A stretch of DNA of 63,867 bases, the filler included, from Folioceros fuciformis (taxonomy: Eukaryota), in assembly GCA_049999805.1 (NCBI GenBank). It is 17 parts of 17 records of this genome, joined end to end, with 100 filler letters (N's around TTAATTAATTAA, not from the genome) between each part and the next. Parts side by side here need not be neighbours in the genome. Positions count along the whole stretch, not along the records: positions 12,402 to 13,719 come from JBNGIO010000288.1; positions 13,820 to 16,982 come from JBNGIO010000289.1; positions 17,083 to 21,157 come from JBNGIO010000290.1; positions 21,258 to 23,808 come from JBNGIO010000291.1; positions 23,909 to 25,843 come from JBNGIO010000292.1; 12 more parts are not named here. One strand, given 5' to 3'. A program made the position numbers and the translations under genes. How positions within the stretch are numbered: position 1 is the stretch's first letter; each line of letters starts with the position of its first letter. Below the pieces are notes generated by a model. The model had not been told where the DNA came from, made no database searches, and saw nothing but the letters and a program-made list of their open reading frames with translations. Below, in pieces: positions 12,731 through 25,843 of the stretch.

Positions 12731-13251
12731 TTGAAGAAGTGTAGCACCACGGCAATAGCGGCGGCGCTGTTCAAGGTAGGAATAGGGAGAGAAGCCAATG
12801 GCTGGTTGGCGTGGGAGATGGCGACTACCCAGCTCACGGGGCTGGCGAGGTGGCTCCTCTGCTTCCTACAGAACAAGAAGCAGGACTACCTATCGAACCA
12901 CATGCTTTTATTCCTGCATGAGGTGGTCAAGGGGAATCGGGTTGACTGGGGGAAAATCCTGTATGATCGACTGAATGAGGAGAGTCAAAACCTGACCTCT
13001 CCTACTCCCCGCCCATCGATGATCTCACCATTCCTTGTTCATTTGTATTGTCATGCTAACAGCTTACCCGAGATCGAAGTTGTTGCCTCCTTGCACATGT
13101 GGAAGCCAATCCGAGAGGTGAAGTGGAAGCCGGAGGAGCCAAAGGAAGAAGCCGATTTCAGCAACTGGGAATTGGGAGCCACGGGGAGCTCAGAGGAGGA
13201 AGCCCCGACCAACAGGAAGCGGAAGGCAAGAGCAGGGTGGAAGACCCCTGC
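12731..13251 (+). mobile_element. Gypsy-type extra (non gag-pol) ORF fragment
   Basis: ..VVKGNRVDWGKILYDRL..MISPFLVHLY.. resembles accessory ORFs of Athila/Tat elements. Intronless and cut by an LTR at 13252. Confidence 0.5.
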
Positions 13252-13690
13252 TGTGGAGGCAAAACCCCGGGCACTAATTGCCGACAGGTTCCACCTTTAG
13301 TGGCCACACTTATCCCACTGTCGTTGAGACATTGGGTTCTGTTCCCATGAAGGAGCGATGGGGTTCCTTGCTGCTGTGGATGGAGGGTCGGACTCAATCG
13401 ACTCGATGATGGATTCGAGGGCTCCCCTCCAGCTCCGATCAGGCGTAGGACAGGCCTCGCTGTTCAGCGGTCAGCTGCACCTCTCTTGGTGCCCACAAAC
13501 TCACTCCAGTCACTACAACGACCCTGACCTCTTAGATCTGCGACTTCCCTCACTCACTCACTCACTCACTCTCTCGCTCCAACACCAACACCAGCAACCA
13601 ACAACCAACAACGACACCACTACCTTCTACACCTCCCTACTAACTCCTCCTACCCGGCAAGAGGCACTGGACTAACCCCAAAGAAAAGAA
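13252..13690 (-). repeat. Partial Gypsy LTR, same family as 19849-20754
   Basis: Aligns by eye with 19849-20310 from the TGTGG terminus onward. Confidence 0.85.
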
Positions 13691-13819
13691 AGAAGGGAAC
13701 ACACTCCCCTCTCGGATATNNNNNNNNNNNNNNNNNNNNNNNNNNNNNNNNNNNNNNNNNNNNTTAATTAATTAANNNNNNNNNNNNNNNNNNNNNNNNN
13801 NNNNNNNNNNNNNNNNNNN

Positions 13820-13966
13820 TGATCCCACTCCTTCCCACCTCTTCTCTATCTTTCCCATTGCTCATGCTCCTCCCCTGGAGGCTGGCTCAGCCACCAGGCT
13901 AGGCTAGTGGTCCTATTAAAATAATATTTGTCAAGTTAGAGAGGTGAAGTCAGAGAGAGACTGGCT
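13820..13966 (+). repeat. Deleted fragment of the same Gypsy family (3' internal region fused to LTR)
   Basis: 13820-13897 matches the reverse complement of ~20880-20959. 13898-13966 matches the reverse complement of ~20597-20667. Confidence 0.8.
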
Positions 13967-16900
13967 CATAAACCTGCTAACCACTCCCACTGCAAAAGCA
14001 ATGTCAGGACGTGTAGCAATCATTGTATACATCAAACTCCCTACAGCTGATGAGTATGGAACCTTCTCCATTTCAGCTTTGTCCTCCATAGAGCTTGGGC
14101 AATCCTTGCTCAAAAGTTTCACATATGGAAGCAACGAAGTATTCAATACCTTCCCCTTCTCCATATTGAAACGTTGAAGCACCTTGTTAATGTATTCAGT
14201 CTGAGACAAGTAAAGCAAATGCTTATGTCTGTCTCGACGAATACGCATGCCAAGAATATGGCTTGCCTCTCCCAAGTCTATCATGTCAAAGCAAGCATTC
14301 AACTTTCACTTCAACGCTGAAATCTCATCACTGCTAGTCCCAGCAATTAGCATATCATCCACATAGAGGACCAAAATGAGCAAGCTTCCATCCTTAGCTT
14401 GCTTTTCATAGAGGCAATGATCTTCATCGTTATGTTTGTAGCCTTAAGAAAGCATAAATGAGAGGAACTTGTAATACCAGTCCCTGGGTGCCTGTTTCAA
14501 ACCATAAAGGCTCTTCTTTAACCTGCACACCAAATTCTCTTTGCCCTTCTCAATGAGCCCTTTTGGTTGCTGCATGTATACCTCTTCTTGGAGATCACCA
14601 TACAGAAATGCCGACTTCACATCCATCTGGACAAGTTCCATGTCATTCCTCGCAACTAGAGCAAGAACACATCGCAAAGTGGTCATTTTGACAACTGGTG
14701 AGAAAATCTCATTAAAGTCAATACCTTGTTGTTGTTTAAAACCCTTAGCAACCAATCTTGCCTTGTACTTGGGTTTGCCATAATGGGGTATGTCCTTCAT
14801 CTTATACTCCCATTTGCATGGCAACGCCTTCTTGCCCCTAGGCAACCGAACCAACTCCCAAGTTTGGTTCTTATGATGGAGCGAATCCATGTACGAGTGC
14901 ATCGCCTTCTCCCACTTTTCCTTGTTAGTCACTAACATGGCCTCTTCATAACAAGAGGGCTCCCCACAATCTGTCAGCATGACATAATCAAGAGATGCAA
15001 CATACCTGTCATGAGGACGTGAAATCCTTCCAGACTTATGAAGCACAGATGCCTTGACCGGAGCTGGTTGCACTCTCTCTTCTTCTACAAGTGGAGGAAC
15101 TGGTTCCTACACATCACAAGGTTTAACCTGCGTGGGACGGTCAAGTCCATCTTCTTGGAAGACCACCCGTTGCACCTCCACAGTTGGAGTAGGCTTCTTG
15201 TGCATCTTGGTCTCATTGAAGAACACGTCATTGCTCCGAACAACCTTCTTGGCCTTTGGATCCCAAAGACGGTAGCCCATCTCACCAGATTCACCATGGC
15301 CAAGAAAAATACATTTTCTTGACTTGGGAGCCAACTTGTCTGAAACTCCTTCGGAACATGGTAGTATGCCTCGCAGCCAAACACTCGTAGATGCTTGTAT
15401 GACGGCTTCTTGCCAGACCACATCTCCTCTGGAACCTATTCATCCACAGCCTTATTAGGAGATCTGTTAATAAGATGCACCGCGGTAACCACTGCTTCTG
15501 CCCAAAATCCGTTAGGCAATCTAGAGTTTGACAACAAACTATGCATCCTTTCCTGGATGGTCTTGTTCATCCGTTCAACCACACCATTCTGGGGAAGAGT
15601 ATACGAGGCAGTCAATTCTCTCTTCATTCCCTTGGAATCACGGAATGACTGGAAAGCCTTCGAAACATATTCTCCCCCATTGTTTGTCCTTAGACACTTT
15701 AGTCGAAGGCCAGACTAATTCTCCACAAGGGTGACGAATTTCTGAAACACTGTCAGAACATCATCCTTTTTCCTCAAAGGATAAACCCACACCTTGCGTG
15801 AGAAATCATCTATGAAATTGACAAAATAGGATGCATCGTCTAATGATACAGTGGGCATAGGTCCACAAACGTCACTGTGAACCAATTCAAGAGCTTTGCT
15901 TTTGTGTTTACCTCTTGCTCCATGTGGCGATTTCGTGTGTTTCCCATACAAACAATGCTCACACACAGAGAAATCAGAGAAGACAAAAGCAGGGACGTAA
16001 CCAAAACGAGATAAGATCTTCATTCCTTTTTAAGACATATTTTCTAAGCGACAATGCCACAAGGAAACACTTGGCTGTTCTGTTACACAAATCACATGAT
16101 CCTTAACAGTGGTTACCTGAAGTGAGTACAAAGTGCCGCACTTTGATCCACGAGCTAACACAAGAGAACCTTTAGAGATCTTCCAAGAATGACCTCCAAA
16201 CCAACAGTGGTAGCCAGCGTCATCCTACTGCCTTGCGCTAATCATGCTTTTTGTCAACTTCGGAACATGCCTAACATGCTTCAGTATGAATGAAGATCGA
16301 TTGTCGAACTTCAACTACACATCACCAACGCTTGCAATCTCGCATGTGTAGTTATTTCCAAGACGAACACATCCTTTCCTAGTAGCATCATGGGTGCTAA
16401 ACCACTCCCTATGTGGAGTCACATTGAAAGACGCTCTATAGTCAATTATCCAATTAGAGAATAAGTGACTATCCACGGCTGTCAATTGTGCAGAATCAAA
16501 AGAAGAAGAGATAAGAACATCTCCATCATCAACAGAATTCACCTCATTATGCTTGATACTCGGACTTGCCTTGTTGTCGCTCTGCTTCTTCTCCTTTCCT
16601 TTCTCTTCCTTGAACTTCTCACAATCCTTTCTGATGTGACCCTTTTTGCGACAATGATAACAACACTCAACATTGTTACGACTATGAGGTTTCCTACGGG
16701 AAAGACTTCGCTCCTTGTACTTCCCCTTTGAAGTGGAACTTCCTCGCACTATGAGCATATTGGAACCTTTCGAAGGTTCTATATTCTTCTTGTTCACCTC
16801 CTCTGTTAATAGGCTACCTTCTACATTTACAATGGTTAGACCACTAGCAGGAGCGGAATTACTCAAAGCCGTACGAAAAGTGTCCCAACTCTCTGGTAAT

Positions 16901-16982
16901 GTGACCAACAGAAACATAGCTCTCACGGAATCTGGGAACGAGATACCTTGAGATGAGAGCTGGCTGAAAATGGTATTGAACT
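13967..16982 (-). mobile_element. Tnt1-like Copia gag-PR-INT-RT, degenerate, truncated before RNase H
   Basis: gag LPESWDTF, knuckle C..CRKKGHIRKDC, PR WIIDYRASF, INT LELVHSDVCGPM and QNGVVERMNKT, RT YKARLVAKGF and LYGLKQAPR. Ends at AVGVVSRF. Confidence 0.93.
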
Positions 16983-17082
16983 NNNNNNNNNNNNNNNNNN
17001 NNNNNNNNNNNNNNNNNNNNNNNNNNTTAATTAATTAANNNNNNNNNNNNNNNNNNNNNNNNNNNNNNNNNNNNNNNNNNNN

Positions 17083-19647
17083 TTCTCCGTGTGTGAGCAC
17101 TGTTTGTATGCGAAACAGACGAAGTCACCACATGGAGCACGAGGTAAACAAAAAAGTAAACCTCTTGAGTTGGTTCACAATGACGTTTGTGGACCTATGC
17201 CTACTATATCATTAGGCGGTGCATCCTATTTTGTCACTTTCATAGATGATTTTTCACGCAAGGTGTGGGTTTATCCTTTAAGGAAAAAGGATGATGTTCT
17301 GATAGTGTTTCAGAAATTCGTCACCCTTGTGGAGAATCACTCTGGCCTCCAACTGAAGTGTCTAAGGACAGACCATGGGGGAGAGTATGTTTCGAAGGGT
17401 TTCCAGTCATTCTATGATTCCAAGGGAATCAAGAAAGAATTGACTGCGCCTTATACTCCTCCCCAAAATGGTGTGGCTGAACAAATGAACAAGACCATCC
17501 AAGAGAGGATGCGTAGTTTGTTGTCAAACTTTGGATTGCCTAACCGATTTTGGGTACAAGTAGTGGTTACTGCGGTGCATCTTATTAACAGATCTCCTAA
17601 TAGGGTTGTGGATAAGCAGGTTCCAGAGGAGATGTGGTCTGGGAAGAAGCCGTGTTACAAGCATCTACGAGTGTTTGGCTGTGAGGCATACTACCATGTT
17701 CCGAAGGAGTTTCGGGACAAGTTGGCTCCTAATTCAAGAAAATGTATTTTTCTTGGCTATGGTGAATCTGGTGAGATGGGATATCGTCTATGGGATCCAG
17801 AGGCCAAGAGGATGGTTCGCAGCAATGACGTGTTCTTCAATGAGACCAAGATGCACAAGAAGCCTACTCCAACTGTGGAGGTGCGACGGGTGGTCTTTCA
17901 AGAAGATGGATTTGACTATCCCGTGCAAGTTGAACGTCGTGATGTGCAAGAACAAGTTCCTCCACGTGTAGAAGAGGAGAGAGTGCAACCAGCTCCGGTT
18001 GAGGCGCTAGTGCTTCGTAGGTCAGGAAGGATTTCACGTCCTCATGACAGGTATGTTGCACCTCTTGATTATGTCATGTTGACGGATTGTGGGGAGCCCT
18101 CTTGTTATCAAGAGGCCATGTCAGTGACTGACAAGGACAAGTGGGAGAAGGCGATGTAGTCGCAGATGGATTCGCTCCACAAGAACCAAACTTGGGAGTT
18201 GGTTTGGTTGCCTAGGGGTAAGAAGGCGTTGCCATGCAAACGGGTGTATAAGATGAAGGACATACCCCATTATGGCAAACCCAAGTACAAGGCACAATTG
18301 GTTGGTAAGGGTTTTAAGCTACAGCAAGGTATTGACTTTGATGAGATTTTCTCACCAGTTGTCAAAATGACCACCTTGCGATGTGTTCTTGCTCTGGTTG
18401 CAAAGAACGACATGGAACTTGTCCAGGTGGATGTCAAGTCGGCATTTCTACATGGTGATCTCCAGGAAGAAGTATACATCCAGCAACCAGAGGGTTTCAT
18501 TGAAAAGGGTAAAGAGAATCTGGTGTGCAGGTTAAAGAAGAGCCTTTATGGTTTGAAGCAGGCACCCAGGGAGTGGTATTTCAAGTTCTGCTCATTTATG
18601 CTTTCTCAAGGCTACAAACGTAGCGATGAGGATCATTGCCTCTATACGAAGCAAGCTAAGGATGGAAGCTTGCTCATACTGGTCCTCTATGTGGATGATA
18701 TGCTAATTGGTGGGACTAGCAGTGATGAGATTTCAACGTTGAAGTCAAAGTTGAATGCTCGCTTTGACATGATAGACTTGGGAGAGGCAAGCCATATTCT
18801 TGGCATGTGTATTCGTCGAGACAGACAGAAGCATTTGCTGTACTTGTCTCAGACTGAATACATTAACAAGGTGCTTCAACGTTTCAATATGAAGAAGAGG
18901 AAGGTATTGAGTACTTCGTTGCCTCCATATGTGAAACTGTCGAGCAAGGATTGTCCAAGCTCTACGGAGGTCAAAGCTGAAATGGAGAAGGTTCCATACT
19001 CATCAGATGTAAGGAGTTTGATGTATGCAATGATTGCTACACGTCCTGACATTGCCTTTGCAGTGGGAGTGGTTAGCAGGTTTTTGTCAAACCCTGGCAG
19101 GAAGCATTGGGAGGCAGTGAAAGGAGTTATGAGGTACTTGAATGGTATGAAAGCTTTGTGCTTATGTTTTGGTAGTGAAAATGCATCTGTAGTGGGATAT
19201 ATAGATGCTGATTATGCAGGGGATATGGACAAAAGGAGGTCCACATCAGGTTATGTCTTCATGTGCACTGAAGGGGCAATCTCATGGCGATCTCGTTTGC
19301 AATCGTGCATAGCGCTATCTACCACAGAGGCCGAGTATGTTGCAGCGACTGAGGTGTGCAAGGAAGCCATGTGGCTTGCTCTTTTAGTGGGAGATTTGGG
19401 GATCAAGGTTGAGCTGCTAGTGTTGCATTGTGATAGCCAGAGTGCTATCCAATTGGCGAAGAATCTAGTGTTTCATGCGAAGACCAAACATGTGGAAGTG
19501 AAATATCACTTCATTCGAGAGGTGTTGGAAGACAAGAGGGTACAGCTTGTCAAAGTTCACACCAGTCAGAACCCTGCAGATATTCTTACCAAGGGGCTCG
19601 CTATGGAGCAATTTGCACAAGCTCGGACACTCATGGGCATGAGGTAG
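17083..19647 (+). mobile_element. Tnt1-like Copia INT-RT-RNase H, near intact (one in-frame TAG at 18157)
   Basis: ORFs 17089-18159 and 18166-19647 share a frame. Motifs YVDDML, STTEAEY, ADILTKGL. Same family as 13967-16982. Confidence 0.95.
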
Positions 19648-19678
19648 ACCACTCTCCTATGAAGGTAAATTGGCCTTT

Positions 19679-19848
19679 AAGTGGGAGGTTGTAGGGTTAT
19701 TAAAGCCCAATGTGCTTAGACTAATGTGTTTAGTCTAAGATTAGTGTCTAGTTAAGTATCATTAGTTTAGATTAACTTAAGCTAATCTGTAGGAAGCTTC
19801 TTGCGCAACTTCGTGTGCGCTTCTTGTGAAGCTTCCTAGGGAACTCTT
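19679..19848 (+). repeat. Copia PPT (19679-19689) and start of 3' LTR (TG at 19690), interrupted
   Basis: AAGTGGGAGGT followed by TGTAGGG, 30-40 bp after the pol stop. Confidence 0.7.
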
Positions 19849-20754
19849 TGTGGTGGCAAACTTCTGGGCACTGTTTGCCAACGGGTTCAACCTTTAGCGG
19901 CCACACTTATCCCACTATCGTTGAGACATTGGGTTTCATTCCCACAAAGGAGCGATGGGGTTCCTAGCTGCTATGGATGGAGGGTCGGACTCGATCGACT
20001 CGATGACGGATTCGAGGGCTCCCCTCCAGCTCCGATTAAGCGTGGGACAGTCCTCACTGTCCAGCGGTAAACTGCACCTCTCTCGGTGCCCACAAACTCA
20101 CTCCAATCACTGCAACAACACTAACCTCTCAAATCTGCAACTTTCCTCACTCACTTCACTCACTCCAGCACAAGCAACCAACAATCAACGTCGTCACCAC
20201 TACCTCCTACACGTCCCTACTGACACCTCCTACACGTCCCTACTGACACCTCCTACACGTCCCTACTGACTCCCCCTACCCGGCAAGAGTCACTAGACTA
20301 ACCCCAAAGAAAAGCATGCCGCCACCCACGATCCTACCAGACACCATGCAAGCATAGTCGGCACTCACTCTAGCCCTACGAGAAAACGAGAATGATAGAT
20401 CATGGGAACACGGTACGGAGAGCACGATCAAGAATTAAAAGGGACCCCGCCCTTAACCCTGGCCACCACTTCTCAAAGCTTTACCAGACGCTGCACACAT
20501 GCACAGCCAGCACACGCTGCTGTATCCAAGCAAGGACAGCTTGAGAGAACTCGCAAAGTGACAACCTGCCTCCTACAGGCTCACCTGATCTTATAGGAGC
20601 CTCTCTCCATGACTTCACTTCTCTCTAGCTTGACAAATATTATTTTAATAGGACCACTACCCTAGCCGACTGTCACCAGCCACTTATTTAGACTTTCCTG
20701 GCACCTCTTGACACCAATACGGTGGCCCTACGACCTGCTGACCCTACCACCACA
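19849..20754 (-). repeat. Complete ~906-bp Gypsy 3' LTR nested in the Copia LTR
   Basis: Termini TGTGGTGG...CCACCACA. The minus-strand purine tract AAGAGGTGGTGGATACT (20755-20771) abuts it. Contains a 23-bp unit x3 at 20202-20270. Confidence 0.75.
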
Positions 20755-21257
20755 AGTATCCACCACCTCTTAAACTACCATGAGACTTTGAAGGATGCTT
20801 GATCTTCAAAGTTCTTGCGGACGCCGCCTCTTCCTTGCTGGATGGCGACCCTCAAAGCCTTCCCTTGCAACTGTTCCCCCTTGGTAGCTGAGCCTGCCTG
20901 CACGGGAGGAGTATGAGCAGTGGGAGAAGATAGGGAAGAGGCGGGAAGGAGTGGGATCAGCAGCTGGAACCGGGCCTAAAAACGGTAGGTTATTCAGTAG
21001 AATTAGCTTCCAGCTGAGCTGGTTTCTCGGCCATGGAATACTGACCCCGGGGTGCTGGGACAGGCCTCGGACTGTGAGGAGAAGAAAGTAGGTGAAAAAG
21101 AGTTGAGTTGGAATTTCTGGAATTAAATCCAAAAAATAGGGGTGAAAATAGAAAAAANNNNNNNNNNNNNNNNNNNNNNNNNNNNNNNNNNNNNNNNNNN
21201 NTTAATTAATTAANNNNNNNNNNNNNNNNNNNNNNNNNNNNNNNNNNNNNNNNNNNN

Positions 21258-23808
21258 GGTAGGTTGCAGGCAGAGGAGCTGGAGAAGATACGAGCGCTGA
21301 TGGGGAGGTAGATAACCAAGAGGGGAATGGCCCCTGTGGAGTCGCAGGAGGTGGATCTGCCAGGACTAACCTCAGCCGTGGTGCGGGCCCAAGCGGACGT
21401 GTTGGACAAGGTGGCTAGGGCATTGACCTAGCTAAGCAGGTAGGCGGAGAAGGAAGCCAAGGCCCGAAGTGGAGAGGCAGAGGCAAGAGGAAAGGAATCC
21501 GAAGCTTAGAGACGGCTGGCGGAGTCTGAAACGGCATGACGGCTTCTGGAAGAAGAGCGGCGGGGGGTCCTGAGTGAGGGCAAGGCACAAGTAGAGGAAG
21601 AGGCGCGCCAGGCCAAGGTAGAGATCCAGGCATTGATGGAGCAACAGGAGTCGCTCCTAGCCCAAGTGAGGGTAGCCCATGAAACTAAGTTGGAAATACA
21701 GCAGGAGTTGGCCGAGGCTCAGGAGCAGGAGATGACTGCGATGGAACAAGCCAAGAAGCTGGCGGACAAGTACAAATGGGAGTGGGACGAGGCCAAGGAG
21801 CTAGTAAAAGGGAAGGGCAAGGCCGGGCGCTGTGGCCGAAGGGGCTACCGGTAGTCCAATTTCGGAACCTGTAGCCGGGGGGGCTACCGATAGTCTCGTG
21901 CCGCCCGAGGTAGTTGAAGGGGCTACCGGAAGGGGTGGTGCGACCCCGGTAGCCAAAGTCACGACCTCGGTAGCCGGAACAGCAAGAGCAAGGGCACCTG
22001 TGCCCAGGCGTTCCAGGAGGGCGACTCGCACCATGCGGATAGAGCTGGAAGAAGCAGTAGCAGCCGGGGGAATGGAGGACTCTTAGGTACCCAGGAGAGT
22101 AGGGGTTAGGCAGCCCAAAGTAGCCCAAGGGAGGAAGGGGTAAGCACCTCCCTTATGACAAAGGGTCAGGTTATGCTTCAGTATGAGGAGGAGACTTCTT
22201 ATGTGCCAGGCCTCTATGTGGAGGGAGCCCGCGTTCTAAAGCTGTTTTTGTATGTACGCATGGGCACAAGAGGGACGTGGGGCTACAGCCTACAACTGAA
22301 GACCCGTAGGGGCATCTACTACTACCGCTAGCGGGTATGGGGGCTGCCTCACTACTATTCTGAGGCAATCCTGGAGAAACTGACGGAGGAGGAGGCACAG
22401 CAGTGGGTTGAACGGGAGCCCGTCCTCATCCTCAGTAATCAGCAACGGAGGGAGGGGAGGAATTTCCTGCAACGGGACCCACCTGCGTCGCCGCCAGCAG
22501 CAGCCGTAGTGAGTGGAGGTCCTGTGGGAGGACCTGCCTGACCAGAGGCGGGGCAGGAGGGCTAGAGATGGACCAATAGGGGGAGGAGTGCGAGGGCCAG
22601 GAGGGAGACGCCAGCGGCAAAGAGGGAGGCGATAGTAATTACAATCTAGACTAGTTTTTTTTAGATTGCTTTTGCTTGGACCTAAGCCGCTCCGCATTCA
22701 AGAGCGCTGACTGACTCCTGACATACTTTATGGCAGAAAGACCGCCACTACCGTGTACAAGAGGCCAGTTTGAGGCCTCGAGAAAATCAGTAAGAAACCA
22801 GCCAGACATTCCAACCTTGTGGAAGCCTAGCAATGGCCGTTGCTGGACAGGAGGTCCAGGCAAGCAAGCGCACATAGTGTTCTGAAGGTGCGGGTGTAGG
22901 TGGTGGATGCTCCGTAATCGGAAACCGGGAACGAATCGGGAGGAGAGAGACCTCACCGAGTGGGAGACGAGCTCCCCAGCTATTCCTGTGACGGTTGCGT
23001 GGGGTGGTAAAGGTGCTGGAGGCCGAATCCGCGAGTCTGGCATGGAAGTGGATAACCCTTTCCTTAGCCTTCGGTGACCAACCATCTCTTCAAACTTCGG
23101 AGAGAAGAGGAGGCCCAGACGGGGCGCATTGGTGAGAGAAGACGAGAGTCGTGAGTGGATTAAAGATTGAGAGTGTGTTGAGGGTTGTGTGTTGGGAAGC
23201 CAGCGGGTGGTTTGAGTGGCCGCCACTGGGAGAGCTGCAAGTGGATGCAGAACGTGGTTGTGGTGATGAGCGGAGGAAGAAGTTGTGAAACTGAACGATT
23301 GGATTGACTGTGTGAGTGGTAGTGAGTCGAGAGTGTAGTTGAGGAACTGAAAAATTGGAGTGGTGAGGGTGAGCACCGCAGATGTGTAACCGCGACTGAC
23401 GAGCGAGTAAATAGAGCAGGAGTGTGACGAGAACTAGATGTGTTTGTGTGCTGTGACGGATTGTTGTGAGGTGAAGAGAAGTTCACCGGTGTCTGTGTGA
23501 CTGAAGTACAGGGACGTACGAGCGGATGTGAGAGGTCTGGCTCGGAGGATGCGAGTCGAATGTGGTAGTGGAGGGGAGCGTGTTGACTGATTAAGGACCG
23601 GGTAGGTAGGTGAAGGTCGTGTCTCCCTGTGTGTATGTGTGTGCGTGGGTGTGAGCTGGGCGCCTTCGACCTCTGAGAGGGGCAGTGAGTGGATGTGAGC
23701 GGATGGAGGGGTGTGTGTTACGAGGGAAGGGTGATCGCCAGTAAGAGGAAAGAGAAAGGTTTGCGACGGATCTCGATCGTTAGGAGGCATAAGCCGGAAA
23801 AGTAAGTC
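21258..23808. mobile_element. Degenerate retroelement accessory region (coiled-coil ORF on +, ORF 22651-23376 on -)
   Basis: Intronless E/Q/K-rich coiled-coil frame with many TAG stops and no host-gene motifs. Lies within the TE block. Confidence 0.4.
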
Positions 23809-23908
23809 NNNNNNNNNNNNNNNNNNNNNNNNNNNNNNNNNNNNNNNNNNNNTTAATTAATTAANNNNNNNNNNNNNNNNNNNNNNNNNNNNNNNNNNNN
23901 NNNNNNNN

Positions 23909-25843
23909 GTATAGGTGTACCTGTCAATGGGTTTCCTAACCCTCTCAGATCTCCTTGGTCTTGGTTCATTTTGAACCTGCCTTGCATATTGTTGCTCCTT
24001 AGCACCTGGCGTTTCCACAGACGGAATGCCAAACTCACTGTCAATGCTCTCACTACTTGAGGATTCATATCCCTCATTTCCAGTTTTGCTGCTTTCTACT
24101 CTACCCCTCACTGACATATCCGGGTCAGTGGTCTTCGGTTTACCATTCCGCAGTCTTCCAGACCATGGATTCACCGTTGGTGATCCACCATTGGTCACAT
24201 CCTCACTCTTTGCTGGAGTACTCTTAACAGTACTCTCCCCTGTGGGTTCGTCATAGGGTAGTGCAACGGAGTTGCTATACCAGGAGGCTAACTCATCAAA
24301 TACCACATCCCTGCTTATCAAGATCTCATGTGTGGATGGCACATAACACTTATATGCCTTCGTATTTCGTGCATACCCCAGAAAAACACTCTTCACTGCT
24401 TTAGGATCCAGCTTCCTACGCTTCTCATTAGGTACATGCACATATGCAATGCACCCAAACACTTTCAAGTGACTAATATCCGGTTTATAGCCATACAGTC
24501 TCTCAATTGGTAAGGCATCATGAATTCCTGCCGTAGGAGTTCGATTCAGTACATACATTGCTGTCATCACTGCTTCTGCCCAATAATCATTAGGTAAGCA
24601 CTTCTCATTCAGCATTGCCCTTGCTGTTTCCATGACTACCGTGTTCTTCCTCTCTGCAACACCATTCTGCTATGGTGTGTATCTGCAAGTTAGCTGTCTT
24701 CGTATACCATGATTTGCAAGATACTTGTCAAACTCATTTGAGACATATTCTCCCCCTCTATCTGATCTTAGACAAGAGATGGAGCAGCGGAATTCATTTT
24801 CAGCATGCTTTTTGAAGTCCTTGAAAGACTCGAACACTTCATCCTTATGCTTCAGTATGTATAGCCACGTGTACCTGCTGAAATCATCAATAAAGGAGAC
24901 ATAGTAGTGGGCTCCTCCAAACGATGCATTCTGTGAAGGACCCTATACATCAAAGTGTATCAATTGCAAAGGTCTCGAGCTGTTCAGCACGTGTCGCACA
25001 AATGAAAACCTTGACTGTTTCCAAATTGACATGCAGAACACACATGACCAAGATCAGCATACTTGAACTTGGGCAATCCTTCCACCACGCTTTTCTGTTG
25101 CATAGATTTCAGCTTTTCTATGTTCACATGCCCAATCCTCTTATGCCATATTTCAACAACATGTATGGCACCTGCATCATTTGCAAACATTGCTGCATTT
25201 AGCTCTGGGATGGATGCATCCAGAGTGAACATCCGTTCATTCCTACTACCTTTAGCAATCAGTTTGCGCCCTCTGTCATATTCTTCAATAAAGCATCCAT
25301 CTTTATTGAATCGAACCAACAGATTTTGTTCAACCACATGTCCAACAGACAACAGGTTCTTCGTAATGGTTGGAACATGCAACACATCTTGCAGACTCTT
25401 CTGCTGACCATTCGGCATCCTAAGAGGAACAATTCCTCTGTGCTTTATGTCATGTTGTGTGTCATCTCCTGTACACACATGACCATGGGGACCTGCATCC
25501 ATCTTGTTAAACCACTCGCCATGCGGAGTCATGTGGTTTGATGCTCCTGAATCAATATACCATCTCTCATCATTCTGCCCATTCTGTTCAGAGAGATGTT
25601 GCATGGCAAACAACCTATCCTGGTCATTTCCAGCATTACTAGAGGAGGCATAGTTCCCATGCTGCCTTCCTTTTCCTCTCATGTCTGCTTGCTGCTTATA
25701 GCAGTCCTTAGCAATATGACCAACCTTACCACAGTAGTAACACTCCTTGTCTCTATTGGAATGGTCATGAGATTGAAAAGAACCATCTCTTCCTCTTGTG
25801 GCTCTACCTGCGCCTCTAAAACTTCCAGATTCTCTCTGGCCTT
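23909..25843 (-). mobile_element. Ty1/Copia gag end-PR-INT fragment (different family)
   Basis: CYYCGKVGHIAKDC, WYIDSGASNHMT, WHKRIGHVN, YWAEAVMTA, HLKVFGCIAY, ISRDVVFDE. Confidence 0.92.
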
